Shown: in pieces, positions 29,414 through 40,778 of the stretch
How the letters are laid out: every line of letters begins with the position of its first letter
Numbering within the stretch: the stretch's first letter is position 1
Assembly: GCA_965197475.1 (NCBI GenBank)
Contig: CBDANF010000003.1
Coordinates: forward strand, 1,280,001-1,344,000
From: Candidatus Poribacteria bacterium
GTDB lineage: Bacteria > Poribacteria > WGA-4E > WGA-3G
DNA length: 64,000 nt
Direction: 5' to 3'
Notes under the pieces: model-generated
The model's database searches: none
The model's input: only the letters and a program-made list of their open reading frames with translations
Told to the model about the DNA's origin: nothing
Position numbers and translations under genes: made by a program

Positions 29414-31294
29414 ATGACTACCACGCAAACAAAAAAAGATAACTTCATGGAATCCATAACACATCAAGTACTGGTATGTGATGGAGCTATCGGAACAGAA
29501 CTCCGAAAACAGATACCCGCATATCTGCCTTGTGTTGATGCCTGTAACATCTTTGATGAATATGTTGAGGAAGTCGTCAAGATTCACCGTGCTTATGCTG
29601 ATGCCGGTGCCGATGTTATCCAGACCAACACATATCAGGCAAATAGAGAAGCCTTAGCAATTCACGGGTTGGCAGATCAAGTTGAAGAGATTAACCGCGC
29701 TGGGGTGAGATTAGCACGCAGTGCATCAGGAGAGACATGCTATATTGCTGGATCGGTTGGTCAAATTCCGTTTCGAACTGACGATGTAACTGAGACAAAC
29801 GTTGAACCGTCAACTAAGAAAATACGACTGTTTTTCAAAGAGCAGATGGACGCACTTGTTGATGAAGGTGTTGATCTACTTTTGTTAGAGACGTTCGTAT
29901 CTCCTAAACAAGCTGAGATTGCAACGAAGCAAGCTCTAACCTATGGTATACCTGTTATCGCTGAGATTAGCGGTATTTCCGGAGGCACTGTAGGCACGGG
30001 TGTAGATGTGCGTGTCTTCGCACAAGAATTAGAACAACTCGGTGCACATGCGGTAGGTATCAATTGTAGAGGTCCGCATGATCTTGTTCAAGCGATGGAA
30101 CTTCTCGCTCCTGTCATCAGAGCACCGCTTGTTGTACAACCAAACGCAGGGAATCCGAGAGTTGAACAAGGTGAGATTGCTGTTTCATATACCGTTGGTG
30201 CGGATGTTTTCACCGACTATGTTCACAAATTAATAATGCTTGGTGCCAACATGATCGGGGGTTGTTGCGGGACGACACCGGAATATACTGCTAAAATTCG
30301 GCAAGCGATTGCTGGCAGGAAACCCATCAAACGACACCCTCGTATCTTTGTCCTTCCAAAGAGTTCTCCATCCTACAGAACACAAAGAGATAACCCTGTG
30401 CAGCAGGTATTTGAAACGCGGGAGCGGATTGTGAGTGTGGAAGCGCGTGCAAACACCTTCCCACAATTGCGAGCATTACTAAAGGAAGCTAAGGTTCTCG
30501 TTGCGATGGGGGTAGATCTGTTTGATGTAACAGACAATTCTGGTGCTACAGTTAATATCGGTGCAGTTGGAACAGCGTTTCGACTGCAGCAAGTAACCCA
30601 TATTCCCACGCTCATCCATTGGACAACGCGGTCCCGCAATCTTATCAGCATGCAGTCGCATCTGTTAGAGGCAGAGGCGTTGGGGATTCGCGGTATTGTT
30701 GCATTATCAGGAGACCATCCCAAAGCCGGTCCGTATGAATCAGCGAGTCTTGTGCCGGATGTTCGCGGTGCTGTCCAACTTATGAAACTTATCTCTCGAC
30801 TTAATCACGGTGAACTTGCAGACGGTTCATCAATCGGGGATCCATGTGGATTCTACTATGGTGGCGGATTTACGATTGCAGAAAATCTTGACCCGCATGT
30901 TAAGCACCTAACAAATAAGGTTGCAGAAGGGGCGAAATTTGCTTATACGCAACCTATGTGGACTTTTGAAGACATCGCGCGTGCTCAAAAAGCAACAGAA
31001 CATCTCGACATCAAAATCCTTTACGGCATCCTTCCCTTAACAAGTTTCCGTAGTGCATCCTACCTACGCGACAATTTGGGTCTCTATATCCCTCAGTTCA
31101 TTGTGGACAAATTCCGTGACCTTGGAGATACAGCAGGAAGTGAACTCGGCATGCAGTTGACCCTTGACCTCGTTCGAGAAATCCGAAATCAAGATACGAT
31201 CCCAATTGATGGTATCTATCTTATCCCGCCTGCCCGTCTGAACTGGAAAAACAGACGTGGTGTTATTTCAGAAATCGTTAAGACCTACCGTTAG
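29414..31294 (+). CDS. yitJ: bifunctional homocysteine S-methyltransferase / methylenetetrahydrofolate reductase
   Basis: DGAIGT, GADVIQTNT, GINC, PNAG, GGCCGTTP followed by MTHFR-like VTDN, SGD, YTQP; start uncertain. Confidence 0.85.
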   Translation: MTTTQTKKDNFMESITHQVLVCDGAIGTELRKQIPAYLPCVDACNIFDEYVEEVVKIHRAYADAGADVIQTNTYQANREALAIHGLADQVEEINRAGVRLARSASGETCYIAGSVGQIPFRTDDVTETNVEPSTKKIRLFFKEQMDALVDEGVDLLLLETFVSPKQAEIATKQALTYGIPVIAEISGISGGTVGTGVDVRVFAQELEQLGAHAVGINCRGPHDLVQAMELLAPVIRAPLVVQPNAGNPRVEQGEIAVSYTVGADVFTDYVHKLIMLGANMIGGCCGTTPEYTAKIRQAIAGRKPIKRHPRIFVLPKSSPSYRTQRDNPVQQVFETRERIVSVEARANTFPQLRALLKEAKVLVAMGVDLFDVTDNSGATVNIGAVGTAFRLQQVTHIPTLIHWTTRSRNLISMQSHLLEAEALGIRGIVALSGDHPKAGPYESASLVPDVRGAVQLMKLISRLNHGELADGSSIGDPCGFYYGGGFTIAENLDPHVKHLTNKVAEGAKFAYTQPMWTFEDIARAQKATEHLDIKILYGILPLTSFRSASYLRDNLGLYIPQFIVDKFRDLGDTAGSELGMQLTLDLVREIRNQDTIPIDGIYLIPPARLNWKNRRGVISEIVKTYR

Positions 31295-31323
31295 CGTTTC
31301 TTCTCAAATCCCGTACGGATACT

Positions 31324-33252
31324 ATGAACACTCATGGAAGTATAATTTCATCTACGCGTATCACAGGACGTTCTCTTCTTTTAGGTGTCTTGCTCATTCC
31401 TGTCAATGTCTATTGGATGACAATAGTTGAGGTGAAATACTACTCGCTTGACGGTTCGTGCCTTCCACTTTTTATTCAACCTGTCTTCATAATGTTTATG
31501 TGTGTTGTTGCAAACTACATATTAAGACGTTTTGCGCCAAAACACATGCTACAGCAGGGAGAGTTGCTCACTGTTTACATCATGGTTGCGATCTCCTGCA
31601 CATTCGCTGGTCACGACACAATGCAGAATATGTTTGGCAGTATTGCCCATCCTTTTCGGTTTGCTACAGAAGAGAATGAGTGGCAGACACTCTTTTTTCG
31701 GTATCTACCATCGTGGCTCACCATTTCTGATCCACAAAGTTTGCAAGGGTTCTATGAAGGCGAATCCAGATTCTATACCAACCACAACTTTGCAGTTTGG
31801 GCAAAACCGCTGGCGTTCTGGGGACTCTTTTTTCTCATAATGATGTTTATGATGCTTTGCATCAACACACTTGTGCGAAAGCGATGGGCAGAACAGGAGA
31901 AGTTAGCGTATCCCATCATCCAATTGCCACTACGACTTTCAGAAGAGGGTGGAAGTCGCCTACTGAAAAGCAACATGATGTGGGCAGGATTTAGTATCGC
32001 TGTAGTTATTGGAGTGATAAACGGAATTCACTACCTGTTTCCTCAGTTTCCAGAAATACCTTACATTAAACGAACTGCCGTATTCCAAAATATCTTCACT
32101 GAACGTCCATGGAGTGCTATTCGTGGGACGCGTATCTCAGTCTACCCGTTTGCTGTAGGTTTAGCGTTTTTCCTACCACTGGATCTCTCATTTTCGTGCT
32201 GGTTTTTCTTTGTTGTGCGTTTAGCAGAATTTGTGATTGCCGCGGCACTCGGCACGCGTCATTTTCCTGCTTTGAACGAACAAGCTTATGGTGCATGGGT
32301 TGCACTTTTCATTCTCGCAGTTTGGGTAACACGTCGCCATCTGAAAGAGGTCTTAAAAAAAGCACTCGGTTTTAAATCACAACTTGATGATTCAGATGAA
32401 CCGATGCCGTATCGTGCTGCCCTATTAGGCATAATCGGATCACTTATCGCGCTCGGTATTTTTGCGAACATAGCAGGGATGGCGTTATGGGTTGCCGGTG
32501 TTTTCTTTGGCATCTATTTCCTACTCTCATTTGCGATAACACGTGTGCGTGCAGAACTCGGAACCCCGCATGAAATTTACTATGTCAACCCGCACGATAT
32601 GTTGGCGATGGTTGGCGGCACTCGGCAGTTTGATACAAGCAGCCTCACAATTATGTCACTTTTCTATTGGTTCAATCGCGGGTATCGCAATCACCCGATG
32701 CCTAATCAGATAGAAGCGTTTAAGTTGGCAGAATCAACAGGAATGGGCAACCGACGTTTGTGGGTCGCAATGTTAATCGCAATTGTAATTGGGATTATAG
32801 CAACTTTTTGGGCAAATCTTGACATCACCTATCGAAACGGAGCGATCGCGAAAGCAGGCGGTTTCAAAGGATGGGTTGGAAGAGAGTCGTTTGGACGGCT
32901 TCAGCGGTGGTTGCACAATCCGACAGAACCGAATCCGGTTGGCATCGGTTTTATGGGTATCGGTGCATTACTGACATTTGTAATGATGTATATGCGAATG
33001 CATTTTCTGTGGTGGCCCTTCCATCCTGCGGGTTATGCACTTGCCATCAGTTTTGCAATGGATTATTTCTGGTTCGCCTTCTTCGTTGCATGGTTCCTGA
33101 AGTTGATGATTCTACGACATGGTGGTTTACGGTTGCATCGAAAAGTAGTCCCGCTCTTTTTGGGGTTAATTTTAGGAGATTACGTTATTGGCAGCATCTG
33201 GGCAATCATCGGCCCTGTATGGGGATTACGCACTTACAAGATATTCATCTAA
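31324..33252 (+). CDS. polytopic membrane protein (DUF6785/DUF6784-like, putative transporter)
   Basis: Many TM helices; WAEQEKLAYP, LDLSFSCWFF, WWPFHPAGY, LFLGLILG. Confidence 0.75.
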   Translation: MNTHGSIISSTRITGRSLLLGVLLIPVNVYWMTIVEVKYYSLDGSCLPLFIQPVFIMFMCVVANYILRRFAPKHMLQQGELLTVYIMVAISCTFAGHDTMQNMFGSIAHPFRFATEENEWQTLFFRYLPSWLTISDPQSLQGFYEGESRFYTNHNFAVWAKPLAFWGLFFLIMMFMMLCINTLVRKRWAEQEKLAYPIIQLPLRLSEEGGSRLLKSNMMWAGFSIAVVIGVINGIHYLFPQFPEIPYIKRTAVFQNIFTERPWSAIRGTRISVYPFAVGLAFFLPLDLSFSCWFFFVVRLAEFVIAAALGTRHFPALNEQAYGAWVALFILAVWVTRRHLKEVLKKALGFKSQLDDSDEPMPYRAALLGIIGSLIALGIFANIAGMALWVAGVFFGIYFLLSFAITRVRAELGTPHEIYYVNPHDMLAMVGGTRQFDTSSLTIMSLFYWFNRGYRNHPMPNQIEAFKLAESTGMGNRRLWVAMLIAIVIGIIATFWANLDITYRNGAIAKAGGFKGWVGRESFGRLQRWLHNPTEPNPVGIGFMGIGALLTFVMMYMRMHFLWWPFHPAGYALAISFAMDYFWFAFFVAWFLKLMILRHGGLRLHRKVVPLFLGLILGDYVIGSIWAIIGPVWGLRTYKIFI

Positions 33253-35519
33253 CGTCGCTGTGTTTCAATTTTCCTTTGGAGTTTGCCAGTCTCCACATCC
33301 CACAGATGAAACGATCTTATCTCCCGATCCGTGCTAATTAGACTTGCTCCACTTGGTAAAAATGCAAAACCCTTAATAATTTGCCTTGCCGCTTTAATGG
33401 TTGCTCGGTGTGTGCCAGTTCTCAAATCCCACAAATGAAGTGTAAGACTATCTTCCTGGGTAACTAATGTTCTCCCATCAGGAGACAAAACAATCTGTGA
33501 GTATTCAATCCTACTCTTCTCAATTGTGTTGCGGAGTGTTCCTGTTTTCGTGTCCCATAGAAGAATAGTTTTGTCCCAACTTCCACTGACCAATGTATGT
33601 CCATCAGTTGTAAACTCAAGGTAGTTAATCCAGGAAGTATGTCCTAACAATGTAGCTTTGGGTTTACCGGTTTCAGTATCCCACAAACGGATAGTATCAT
33701 CCCAACTTGCACTCGCCAATGTTTTTTCATCTGGAGAAAACTTGATGAGATTAATCCGATCTGTATGTCCTTTAAATGTTGCTTTGGATTGATTGCCCAG
33801 TAATGTTGATGACAAGTCCCATAGTATTATCGTGTTGTCTCGGCTTGCACTCGCAAACAATTTTCCATCTTTAGAAAATACTATAGTATGAACACTTGCG
33901 CTATGTCCTTTGAGTGTTAACTTGTGTTTACCGATTTTCGCGTCCCACAGACGGATCGTGCTATCCCGACTACCACTCACTAAAGTTTTTCCATCTGGAG
34001 AAAAAGCAAGCGTATCAACCCAATGCGTATGTCCATTAAGGGTTGCTTTAACTTTTCCATCTCTTGTGTTCCACATGCGAATCTGATTGTTATTCCAACC
34101 GTTTCCGCTTGCGAGCGTCTTGCCATCAGGTGATAGTGCTACAGAGTAGACTTGTGCAGCTTCGTCTTTAAGTGTTACCCTATGTGTTCCTGAGTCTGCG
34201 TTCCAAAGAGCAATGTCTTTCTTACTTATGCTAACAAGTATTTTTCCGTCTCGGGAAAAATACGTTGATTTAACAGGTGATTTATAAAAGACTGGTGTTT
34301 CATGCACTTTACTGAGGCGAGAACCTGTACGTCGTATTTTCCTGATGTTGATATTACCAGATATCAGTTTATCTTTAGGCAGTTGCATGAAGACTATCAC
34401 GTATTCCCAGCCACTAAATGAATCTTGAACGATATTGGTTACTGTACTCACATCTGTGGAAAAAATAATCGGAGGGTTATTATGTCTCCAATCTTCCCCT
34501 AACGTCAACTTATGCTTACCAGTTTTTACATCCCATATTTGTATCAATGGCCAATGGTTTTCACTCATACTCGCAATCTTTTTCCCATCTGGTGAAAATG
34601 CTATAGACGTAACGCCTGCGACAAATGTATTGAGTTTTGAAAGGGTTTTAAGGAGTTGGGCTTTGCGTACGTCCCACAGCAAAATCTCTTGGTAACTGCC
34701 ACCAGCAAGCGTCCTACCGTCCGGTGAAAAAGCTATAGATTCAACACTCCCCCTATGTCCTGCAAGCGTATTTAACCTTTTCCCCGTGTGTGGATCCCAC
34801 AACAGTATTTCCTGAAACCCAGAACTTGCAAGGATCTGTCCATCAGGCGAAAATGCGACTGAATACACGAAATCTGTATGTCCTATCAGTGTTTCTCGTA
34901 GTTTGCCAGTTTGTACATCCCATAAAAATATCTCCTGATATCCTGCCGTTGCAATCGTCTTACCATCAGGTGAAAACACAAATGATGAACCTGAGTCTAT
35001 TTTGAGAATCTTTAGAAGTTGACTTGTGTGCACGTCCCATAACCGGATATTATTATCGGAGTCTTCACTTGCAAGTATTTTTCCGTCTGGAGAAAACTCA
35101 ATGGAAGTATTATACTGTGTTTGCCCCATAATTGATAACAAGTTTTCACCAGTGTTTGGATTCCAAAATTGTATCTCTTCATTTCGATTATTCACAGAAG
35201 CTAACGTCTTACCGTCTGGAGAAAACGCAACTATATCGTAGAAGCCTCCAAAACGGTGTGTATCATCTTTCAGTGTAAGCCGTTTTTCATAAGTGTGGGC
35301 ATCATATAACCAGATTTCATCATGAGCTGCTACTGCCAATCGGTTTCCATCAGGAGAATACGCGAAATCTTCTATTTTAGAACTATCAAGTATAGAAAGA
35401 GCATCAGCAATTTTAGGTAAACACAACAGCACATAAAAAAGTAAGAATATCAGGAGTAGGAGCATACCACATAAGTTGCGCGATTCAAGGTTGTTCTTAA
35501 AGTATCTCATTTGTCTCAT
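33249..35519 (-). CDS. exported WD40 repeat protein
   Basis: Hydrophobic N-terminus; many GH...FSPDG..LAS..D.TI.LWD repeats. Confidence 0.9.
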   Translation of the reverse strand: MRQMRYFKNNLESRNLCGMLLLLIFLLFYVLLCLPKIADALSILDSSKIEDFAYSPDGNRLAVAAHDEIWLYDAHTYEKRLTLKDDTHRFGGFYDIVAFSPDGKTLASVNNRNEEIQFWNPNTGENLLSIMGQTQYNTSIEFSPDGKILASEDSDNNIRLWDVHTSQLLKILKIDSGSSFVFSPDGKTIATAGYQEIFLWDVQTGKLRETLIGHTDFVYSVAFSPDGQILASSGFQEILLWDPHTGKRLNTLAGHRGSVESIAFSPDGRTLAGGSYQEILLWDVRKAQLLKTLSKLNTFVAGVTSIAFSPDGKKIASMSENHWPLIQIWDVKTGKHKLTLGEDWRHNNPPIIFSTDVSTVTNIVQDSFSGWEYVIVFMQLPKDKLISGNINIRKIRRTGSRLSKVHETPVFYKSPVKSTYFSRDGKILVSISKKDIALWNADSGTHRVTLKDEAAQVYSVALSPDGKTLASGNGWNNNQIRMWNTRDGKVKATLNGHTHWVDTLAFSPDGKTLVSGSRDSTIRLWDAKIGKHKLTLKGHSASVHTIVFSKDGKLFASASRDNTIILWDLSSTLLGNQSKATFKGHTDRINLIKFSPDEKTLASASWDDTIRLWDTETGKPKATLLGHTSWINYLEFTTDGHTLVSGSWDKTILLWDTKTGTLRNTIEKSRIEYSQIVLSPDGRTLVTQEDSLTLHLWDLRTGTHRATIKAARQIIKGFAFLPSGASLISTDREIRSFHLWDVETGKLQRKIETQRR

Positions 35520-35538
35520 TCCTCCTTAAGCAAACTAC

Positions 35539-37647
35539 TTACTTTTTAGTAGGTAGTAGGTTGGTATTATCCAATTTCCACAGCAGGATCGTACTGCCAG
35601 CACTCGCCATAGTTTTTCCATCTGGAGAGAACGCAACAGAATCAACTTGTTTAGAGTGTCTCTCAAGTGTCAACTTGGGATCCCACGTTTCTGTATCCAA
35701 AAACTCAATTGTGTTCCATATTATACTTACTAATGTTTTTCCATCTGGGAAAAAGGTAACTGGTTCATGTCCCAGCAGTGTCTTCTTGAGTTTTCCCGTC
35801 TTTGTATCCCATATCCGAGTTGTTCCAACCCAACTCGCGGTCGCTACGGTTTCACCATCTGGAAAAAAGACAATTGAAGTAATAGCTTGTGTATGCCCGA
35901 TAAGTGTTGCCTTGAGTTCATAAGTTTTAGTATGCCACAACCGAACTGTCTCATCTGAACTGGCACTTGCCAGAATACCCTCGTCCGGCGAGAATACAAT
36001 GAAATCGACATCAGAAGTATGTCCTTTCAGTGTTGCAATATGTTCACCGGTTTTGACATTCCATAATGGAATGTCTTTATTACCCAGACCGACCAACGTT
36101 TGACTATCAGAAAAAAATACTAAGGAATTAATATAGTAGGGCTCGGTATTGAGTGTCAATTTATGTTCACCTGTGACCACATCCCACAATTCATACACTT
36201 GATCACTATAATGTCTACAACTTACCAGCGTTTCGCCATCAGGAGAAACGACGAGTAGCTCCCTTCCCTCCTTTGGGTTTATGGAAAATGTTTGTTTCAG
36301 TTTACCAGTTTCTGTGTCCCACACATTAACAGCGGAAGGTTTTAGCCAATTTTTGAATCCACCTGCTACTGTTTTACCATCTAAAGATATAGCAAAAATA
36401 TCTCCTGTGAATGTTCTAATCCGTTTTCCAGTTTTTGTGTCCCACAACTGTACTGGGGTATAGTCACCCCAAGTGGCAAGTGTTTTTCCATCGTGGATGA
36501 ACACTACAGAAGAACCGGTTGATACATGCTCTTCATTGATAAAGACGTGCCTATCGCTATCAATATCCCAGATTCCCAAATCATTTGCGAGTTTTTTACC
36601 ATCGGGGGAAAACATCAACGCTCTGTATCTTGATTTATAATCTGTGATTGTTTTCACCTGTTTTCTTGTTTTCATATCCCATAACAAGATTTTGTCTTGC
36701 TCCGTACTTGCGTATAAACTCCAATCAGGGGATATGTGTAAATGTCCCTTATGCACCCGTAGCGGTTTTAACGTTTTCGCACTCAAAAATACTGTCTCGG
36801 AATTGTTATCGTCAATTCCAACGATCATCCGTTTATCCGGGGAGAATACCACAGAATAGGGAATTCTGTCAAATTCTCCTTTGCGCGTGCGATTCAGTTT
36901 TCCAGTATTTGTGTCCCATAACTGAATTGTTCCGTCATCAGTCACACTTACGAGCATACGACTATCTGGTGAAAACGCAACTGCATTCACAGAATCCCCA
37001 TAACTGACAGTGCTTGAATGTCCTTTGAGTATATGTATCTGTTTACCAGTTTTTGTGTTCCACAGTCGAACTGTCCCATCATCACTCCCACTCGCCAACA
37101 TACTATTATCTGCTGCGAAGGCAATGGAAATTACACCTTTTGTATGTCCTTTTAGGATAAACTTGTTTTTACCAGTATATGGGTTCCACAAGACAACTGT
37201 CCTATCTTCGCTTGCACTCGCAAGAGTTTGCCCATCAGAAGAAAATGCTATACGCGTAATCTTTCGCGTGTGTCCTTTCAGCGATGTTTTATATTTTCCA
37301 AGGTTGGATATTTTTGACATATCCCATAGAATTATATGATTGTTCGAATCTTTCACACCGACAAGTGTTTTGTCATCTGGAGAAAAGGCTAATATCTTGA
37401 CATGCGCGGCGTGCTCTGTTATGAGTGCAAGTTCTTTATATGTCTTGGCATCATATAACCAAATCCCAATAGAACTCGGAATTGCGATAATTGTGCTATC
37501 CGGTGAAAACACAATATCACCTGTAACACTGCCTTTGCCAATACGAGCGAAAGCCCCTTCCGGTAATTCCCATCTCGTATAGTCTTGTGCAAAACCGATT
37601 GGTAGAAATTGTAACATTGCAAATAGTAGCACAATCAGGTTTTTCAT
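35539..37647 (-). CDS. exported WD40 repeat protein
   Basis: Signal peptide, AQDYTRWELPEGAFARIGKG, many WD40 repeats. Confidence 0.9.
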   Translation of the reverse strand: MKNLIVLLFAMLQFLPIGFAQDYTRWELPEGAFARIGKGSVTGDIVFSPDSTIIAIPSSIGIWLYDAKTYKELALITEHAAHVKILAFSPDDKTLVGVKDSNNHIILWDMSKISNLGKYKTSLKGHTRKITRIAFSSDGQTLASASEDRTVVLWNPYTGKNKFILKGHTKGVISIAFAADNSMLASGSDDGTVRLWNTKTGKQIHILKGHSSTVSYGDSVNAVAFSPDSRMLVSVTDDGTIQLWDTNTGKLNRTRKGEFDRIPYSVVFSPDKRMIVGIDDNNSETVFLSAKTLKPLRVHKGHLHISPDWSLYASTEQDKILLWDMKTRKQVKTITDYKSRYRALMFSPDGKKLANDLGIWDIDSDRHVFINEEHVSTGSSVVFIHDGKTLATWGDYTPVQLWDTKTGKRIRTFTGDIFAISLDGKTVAGGFKNWLKPSAVNVWDTETGKLKQTFSINPKEGRELLVVSPDGETLVSCRHYSDQVYELWDVVTGEHKLTLNTEPYYINSLVFFSDSQTLVGLGNKDIPLWNVKTGEHIATLKGHTSDVDFIVFSPDEGILASASSDETVRLWHTKTYELKATLIGHTQAITSIVFFPDGETVATASWVGTTRIWDTKTGKLKKTLLGHEPVTFFPDGKTLVSIIWNTIEFLDTETWDPKLTLERHSKQVDSVAFSPDGKTMASAGSTILLWKLDNTNLLPTKK

Positions 37648-37897
37648 GGATTTCCCTTCAGTATGAATTACTTGTAACGTCAAATATCAAATCTACAACC
37701 TTTTTTCAACACATCCCTTATCACCTATGGATTTAGAACTTGACAAACATTCCTATTCTCTGATAACCTGTGCAAAATAACCGTGATGAATGATGTGATA
37801 TAATGTTATTGAACTAACTGCAGAAGAGCTAAGCCATTTTGGATTTTATAATCCGTGTAATTCCTGTTAAGTGGATATTTATAGGAGTTGTAACCTT

Positions 37898-38910
37898 ATG
37901 AAAATTACAAACATAGAATACCGGACGGTTTCCATCCCGTTTCTTCCAGCGATACAGAAACATTCAGGAATGGTCTATCCGACTACCCTGATTTGGGTGC
38001 ACACAGATGAAGGACTAATCGGATTGGGTGAGAGCAATTCTGTAGATGGCAATATCACTGACCAAGCGGACCAGATTGCTCAAAGATATGTCGGCAAAAA
38101 TCTTTGGGATATTGATCTTGCTAACGAATCGTTTGCCTTCCAATGTGCATTTTATGATTTAGCTGGACAAGCCTTAGAGGTCCCAGTCCATAAGTTAATC
38201 GGTCAAAAATATAGGGATAGTGTTGAACTCGCTTACTGGTCACCTCCGATGCCGCCCAAAGATACTGCGGCAGAAGCAGAACGCGCTGCAGATATGGGTT
38301 TTCGCGTACATAAACTCAAAGCGCGGAGTGCAAATATCGTTGAGACAGCCCGTTTAATCACAGAAGCATGTGGACCCGATTTTCAGATTCGTGTTGACCC
38401 AAATACGGAATTTGGAGATTTGGAAACCGGTCTACGGCTCACAGAAGAATTGCGTCCATATAACATTGAAGTCTATGAAGACCCGATCCGATTTGACGAT
38501 TTATCTTGGTACCGTCAACTGCGTGAGAAAATAGATGTACCAGTGGCAAGACATGTAGGTGGTCCACATGAGATTTTAAAGAACATCGTGCAGATGCAGT
38601 AGATGCAGTGAATACGTTCGGAAATGTCGCTGGACTCCGAAAAAGTGCTGCTGTAGCTGAAGCAGCAGATTTGCCAATTTGGGTGCAGGTATTCGCATTC
38701 GGTTCATGTGTCGCTTCTACCTTTGCTGCACACATGGCATGCACAATACCAAACTGCACGCTGCCAATTGACGAACTCCCCCATATTCGTGTTGATGATC
38801 TATCAGGTGGTAGCATGAACCTTGCTAATGGAGCGATCAACTTGTCAGGCGAACCTGGATTGGGTATTCATCTGGACATGGATGCCGTTGAGCGGTATAG
38901 AATCCGTTAA
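37898..38910 (+). pseudogene. mandelate racemase/muconate lactonizing family enzyme, frameshifted near 38587
   Basis: HTDEGLIGLGE, KLK, RVDPN, YEDP; one added C gives NIRADAVDAVN and joins the two ORFs. Confidence 0.75.
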
Positions 38911-39088
38911 TCAACATCTTGCTTTTTGTGGAATACCAATAAACCTAAAATTTTGATTTCAAAGTTCCCACCTGATCACCAGCGCACATACACAACATGC
39001 GTGTTTATGGTCATAGGTCAATCTTCAAACAACTTTTGAAGATTGGTGATGCCTTTTGAAACTTTTTAGCAGCGTCAAAACGTTACTA

Positions 39089-39179
39089 ATACCAAATTAA
39101 CGGGATTTATCTTACTTTTCTGGGCAGACAGCGCGCTTACAAAGCGCGCCTACCGATTGAGATCAAGTTAATTTGGTAT
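39089..39179. repeat. MITE-like element enclosing a REP hairpin
   Basis: TIR ataccaaattaac/gttaatttggtat; inner gcgcgcttacaaagcgcgcctac related to 53542-53568. Confidence 0.65.
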
Positions 39180-39197
39180 AACTACTGCATACTTATG

Positions 39198-39214
39198 CGC
39201 AATTTCTATGCCAA
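39198..39214 (-). promoter_or_regulatory. sigma54-type -24/-12 promoter motif
   Basis: TTGGCATAGAAATTGCG, GG-N10-GC spacing. Confidence 0.4.
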
Positions 39215-39363
39215 TACTTATACCTCAGTATACACCGATTTCCAAATCTAAAAGGCGAAAATCTGAACAAATACGGGCAGATTTGATTTGCATTGCACAA
39301 TATGGGGCATCCTGTTTTAGGTAAAAGTTACTATCCGAAGTTTACTGCTATAGTGAGGGAGTT

Positions 39364-40149
39364 TCAACCCGCGCCCAGGTCTTTTAGGATACGACTCACT
39401 ACCTGTTTCTGTTGTCCCCGACCAGCTGGCTGCTCAAGTTCGTAGACCTCATACGAAATAAGATGTTTATGGTTCTCAATCGGAAACCTATGATGCGATC
39501 CATTATCAATATATCGGTTGAAAACAGTATAGCGGGAATATGTTTCTGTCCAACGTCTGGCACCATGATAGAGTGCTTCTGTAAAGATAACGCAATCGCC
39601 AGCATTGACTGGCACATTAATCACAGTCGGTGGACCGTCGTAAATTGAGAGATTGTCGGGTGGGTCAAAGTTACGCTTGTGGCTTCCGGGTAGGCAGACA
39701 AATCCTGTACCTTCAGGGACATCAACTAAAGATGTGCCAGCGTTGATAAAACCAGCGTGTGGTTCACCATTTTCCACGCCGTAATCCTGTCCAGATGCAT
39801 GAAATTTGATGTCATCAGAGGTTGTGGAGTTTTTGGTCAAAGCGCAATCCACAAGACAAGGTGCCGCGCGCGTCAATGCAATGATGACACGCATAATCTC
39901 TACATTAAGCACCAGCCGCTGGAAAACTGCATCACCATACTGCACATTATTTATCCAGTGTGCTATCGTTGGAGAAGAGGCACTGCTGCGGGAAGTTGAA
40001 GTGAGTGGTGGCGGTAATTCCTCTAACGTCATGTTGTGCCAACGATTGCCCAATTCAATCATTAATTGTATATCTTCGGGTGGAACGACTTGGCGCAAGA
40101 TAATGAATCCGTGATGGTCAAAGAACCATTTTTCTTCAGGTGTTAGCAT
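39364..40149 (-). CDS. phytanoyl-CoA dioxygenase (PhyH) family protein
   Basis: FFDHHGFIIL, CLPGSHK, AGDCVIFTEALYHG. Confidence 0.85.
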   Translation of the reverse strand: MLTPEEKWFFDHHGFIILRQVVPPEDIQLMIELGNRWHNMTLEELPPPLTSTSRSSASSPTIAHWINNVQYGDAVFQRLVLNVEIMRVIIALTRAAPCLVDCALTKNSTTSDDIKFHASGQDYGVENGEPHAGFINAGTSLVDVPEGTGFVCLPGSHKRNFDPPDNLSIYDGPPTVINVPVNAGDCVIFTEALYHGARRWTETYSRYTVFNRYIDNGSHHRFPIENHKHLISYEVYELEQPAGRGQQKQVVSRILKDLGAG

Positions 40150-40732
40150 TTGAATTCCTTTCAATCCATCTGTTGAACTCTTCTAAAGATGTAACCTTTC
40201 CCGTAACAACTGCTTGATAGACCGCCAGACTATTGTAAACATCACTCCGATAATCCGGACGTTGAGATACAGCGTGTTTAATACGTAGGATCGCGACGCG
40301 ATCTACCTGCTGAAGCTTGCTGTGCAACTTATCAAAATCAACCATGTGCGCCTGATAATCTGTTTCGCCATACCCCCACAGATCTATCTTCCACTCCCGC
40401 CCTCTGTAACGGAGCCGGATTCCCCAATAAAGCCCATGGTCATAATCAGCAAAGTTCCGGATGAAGTGGTTTGAATAAGACATCTTCGTAATTTGAAACT
40501 TTGCTGCGATTCTTTTGCCTATTTCAAAGAAAAGTTTAACATCTTGTTCATGCGGTAGTTTGATGCTAATGTCAATATCAGGCCATGTCATCATATCAAG
40601 CGTGTAACTTCCGATTACGCGAGTGGTGCCGAAGGATCTAAGCATCGGCAGTAAGCCTTCGGTATTAAGTAAATCGCTTGCTTCCTCTCGTAGCAAACGT
40701 GAATGCGCGACAATCCCTTTATCATCCATCAA
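40136..40732 (-). CDS. hypothetical protein, nucleotidyltransferase-like fold
   Basis: IGSY...WPDIDI and WKIDLW motifs. Confidence 0.6.
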   Translation of the reverse strand: MMDDKGIVAHSRLLREEASDLLNTEGLLPMLRSFGTTRVIGSYTLDMMTWPDIDISIKLPHEQDVKLFFEIGKRIAAKFQITKMSYSNHFIRNFADYDHGLYWGIRLRYRGREWKIDLWGYGETDYQAHMVDFDKLHSKLQQVDRVAILRIKHAVSQRPDYRSDVYNSLAVYQAVVTGKVTSLEEFNRWIERNSNANT

Positions 40733-40778
40733 GAATTCCTCTGGAAGTTAGCAAGCGTATCCTTTTCTGTTGTTTCGC

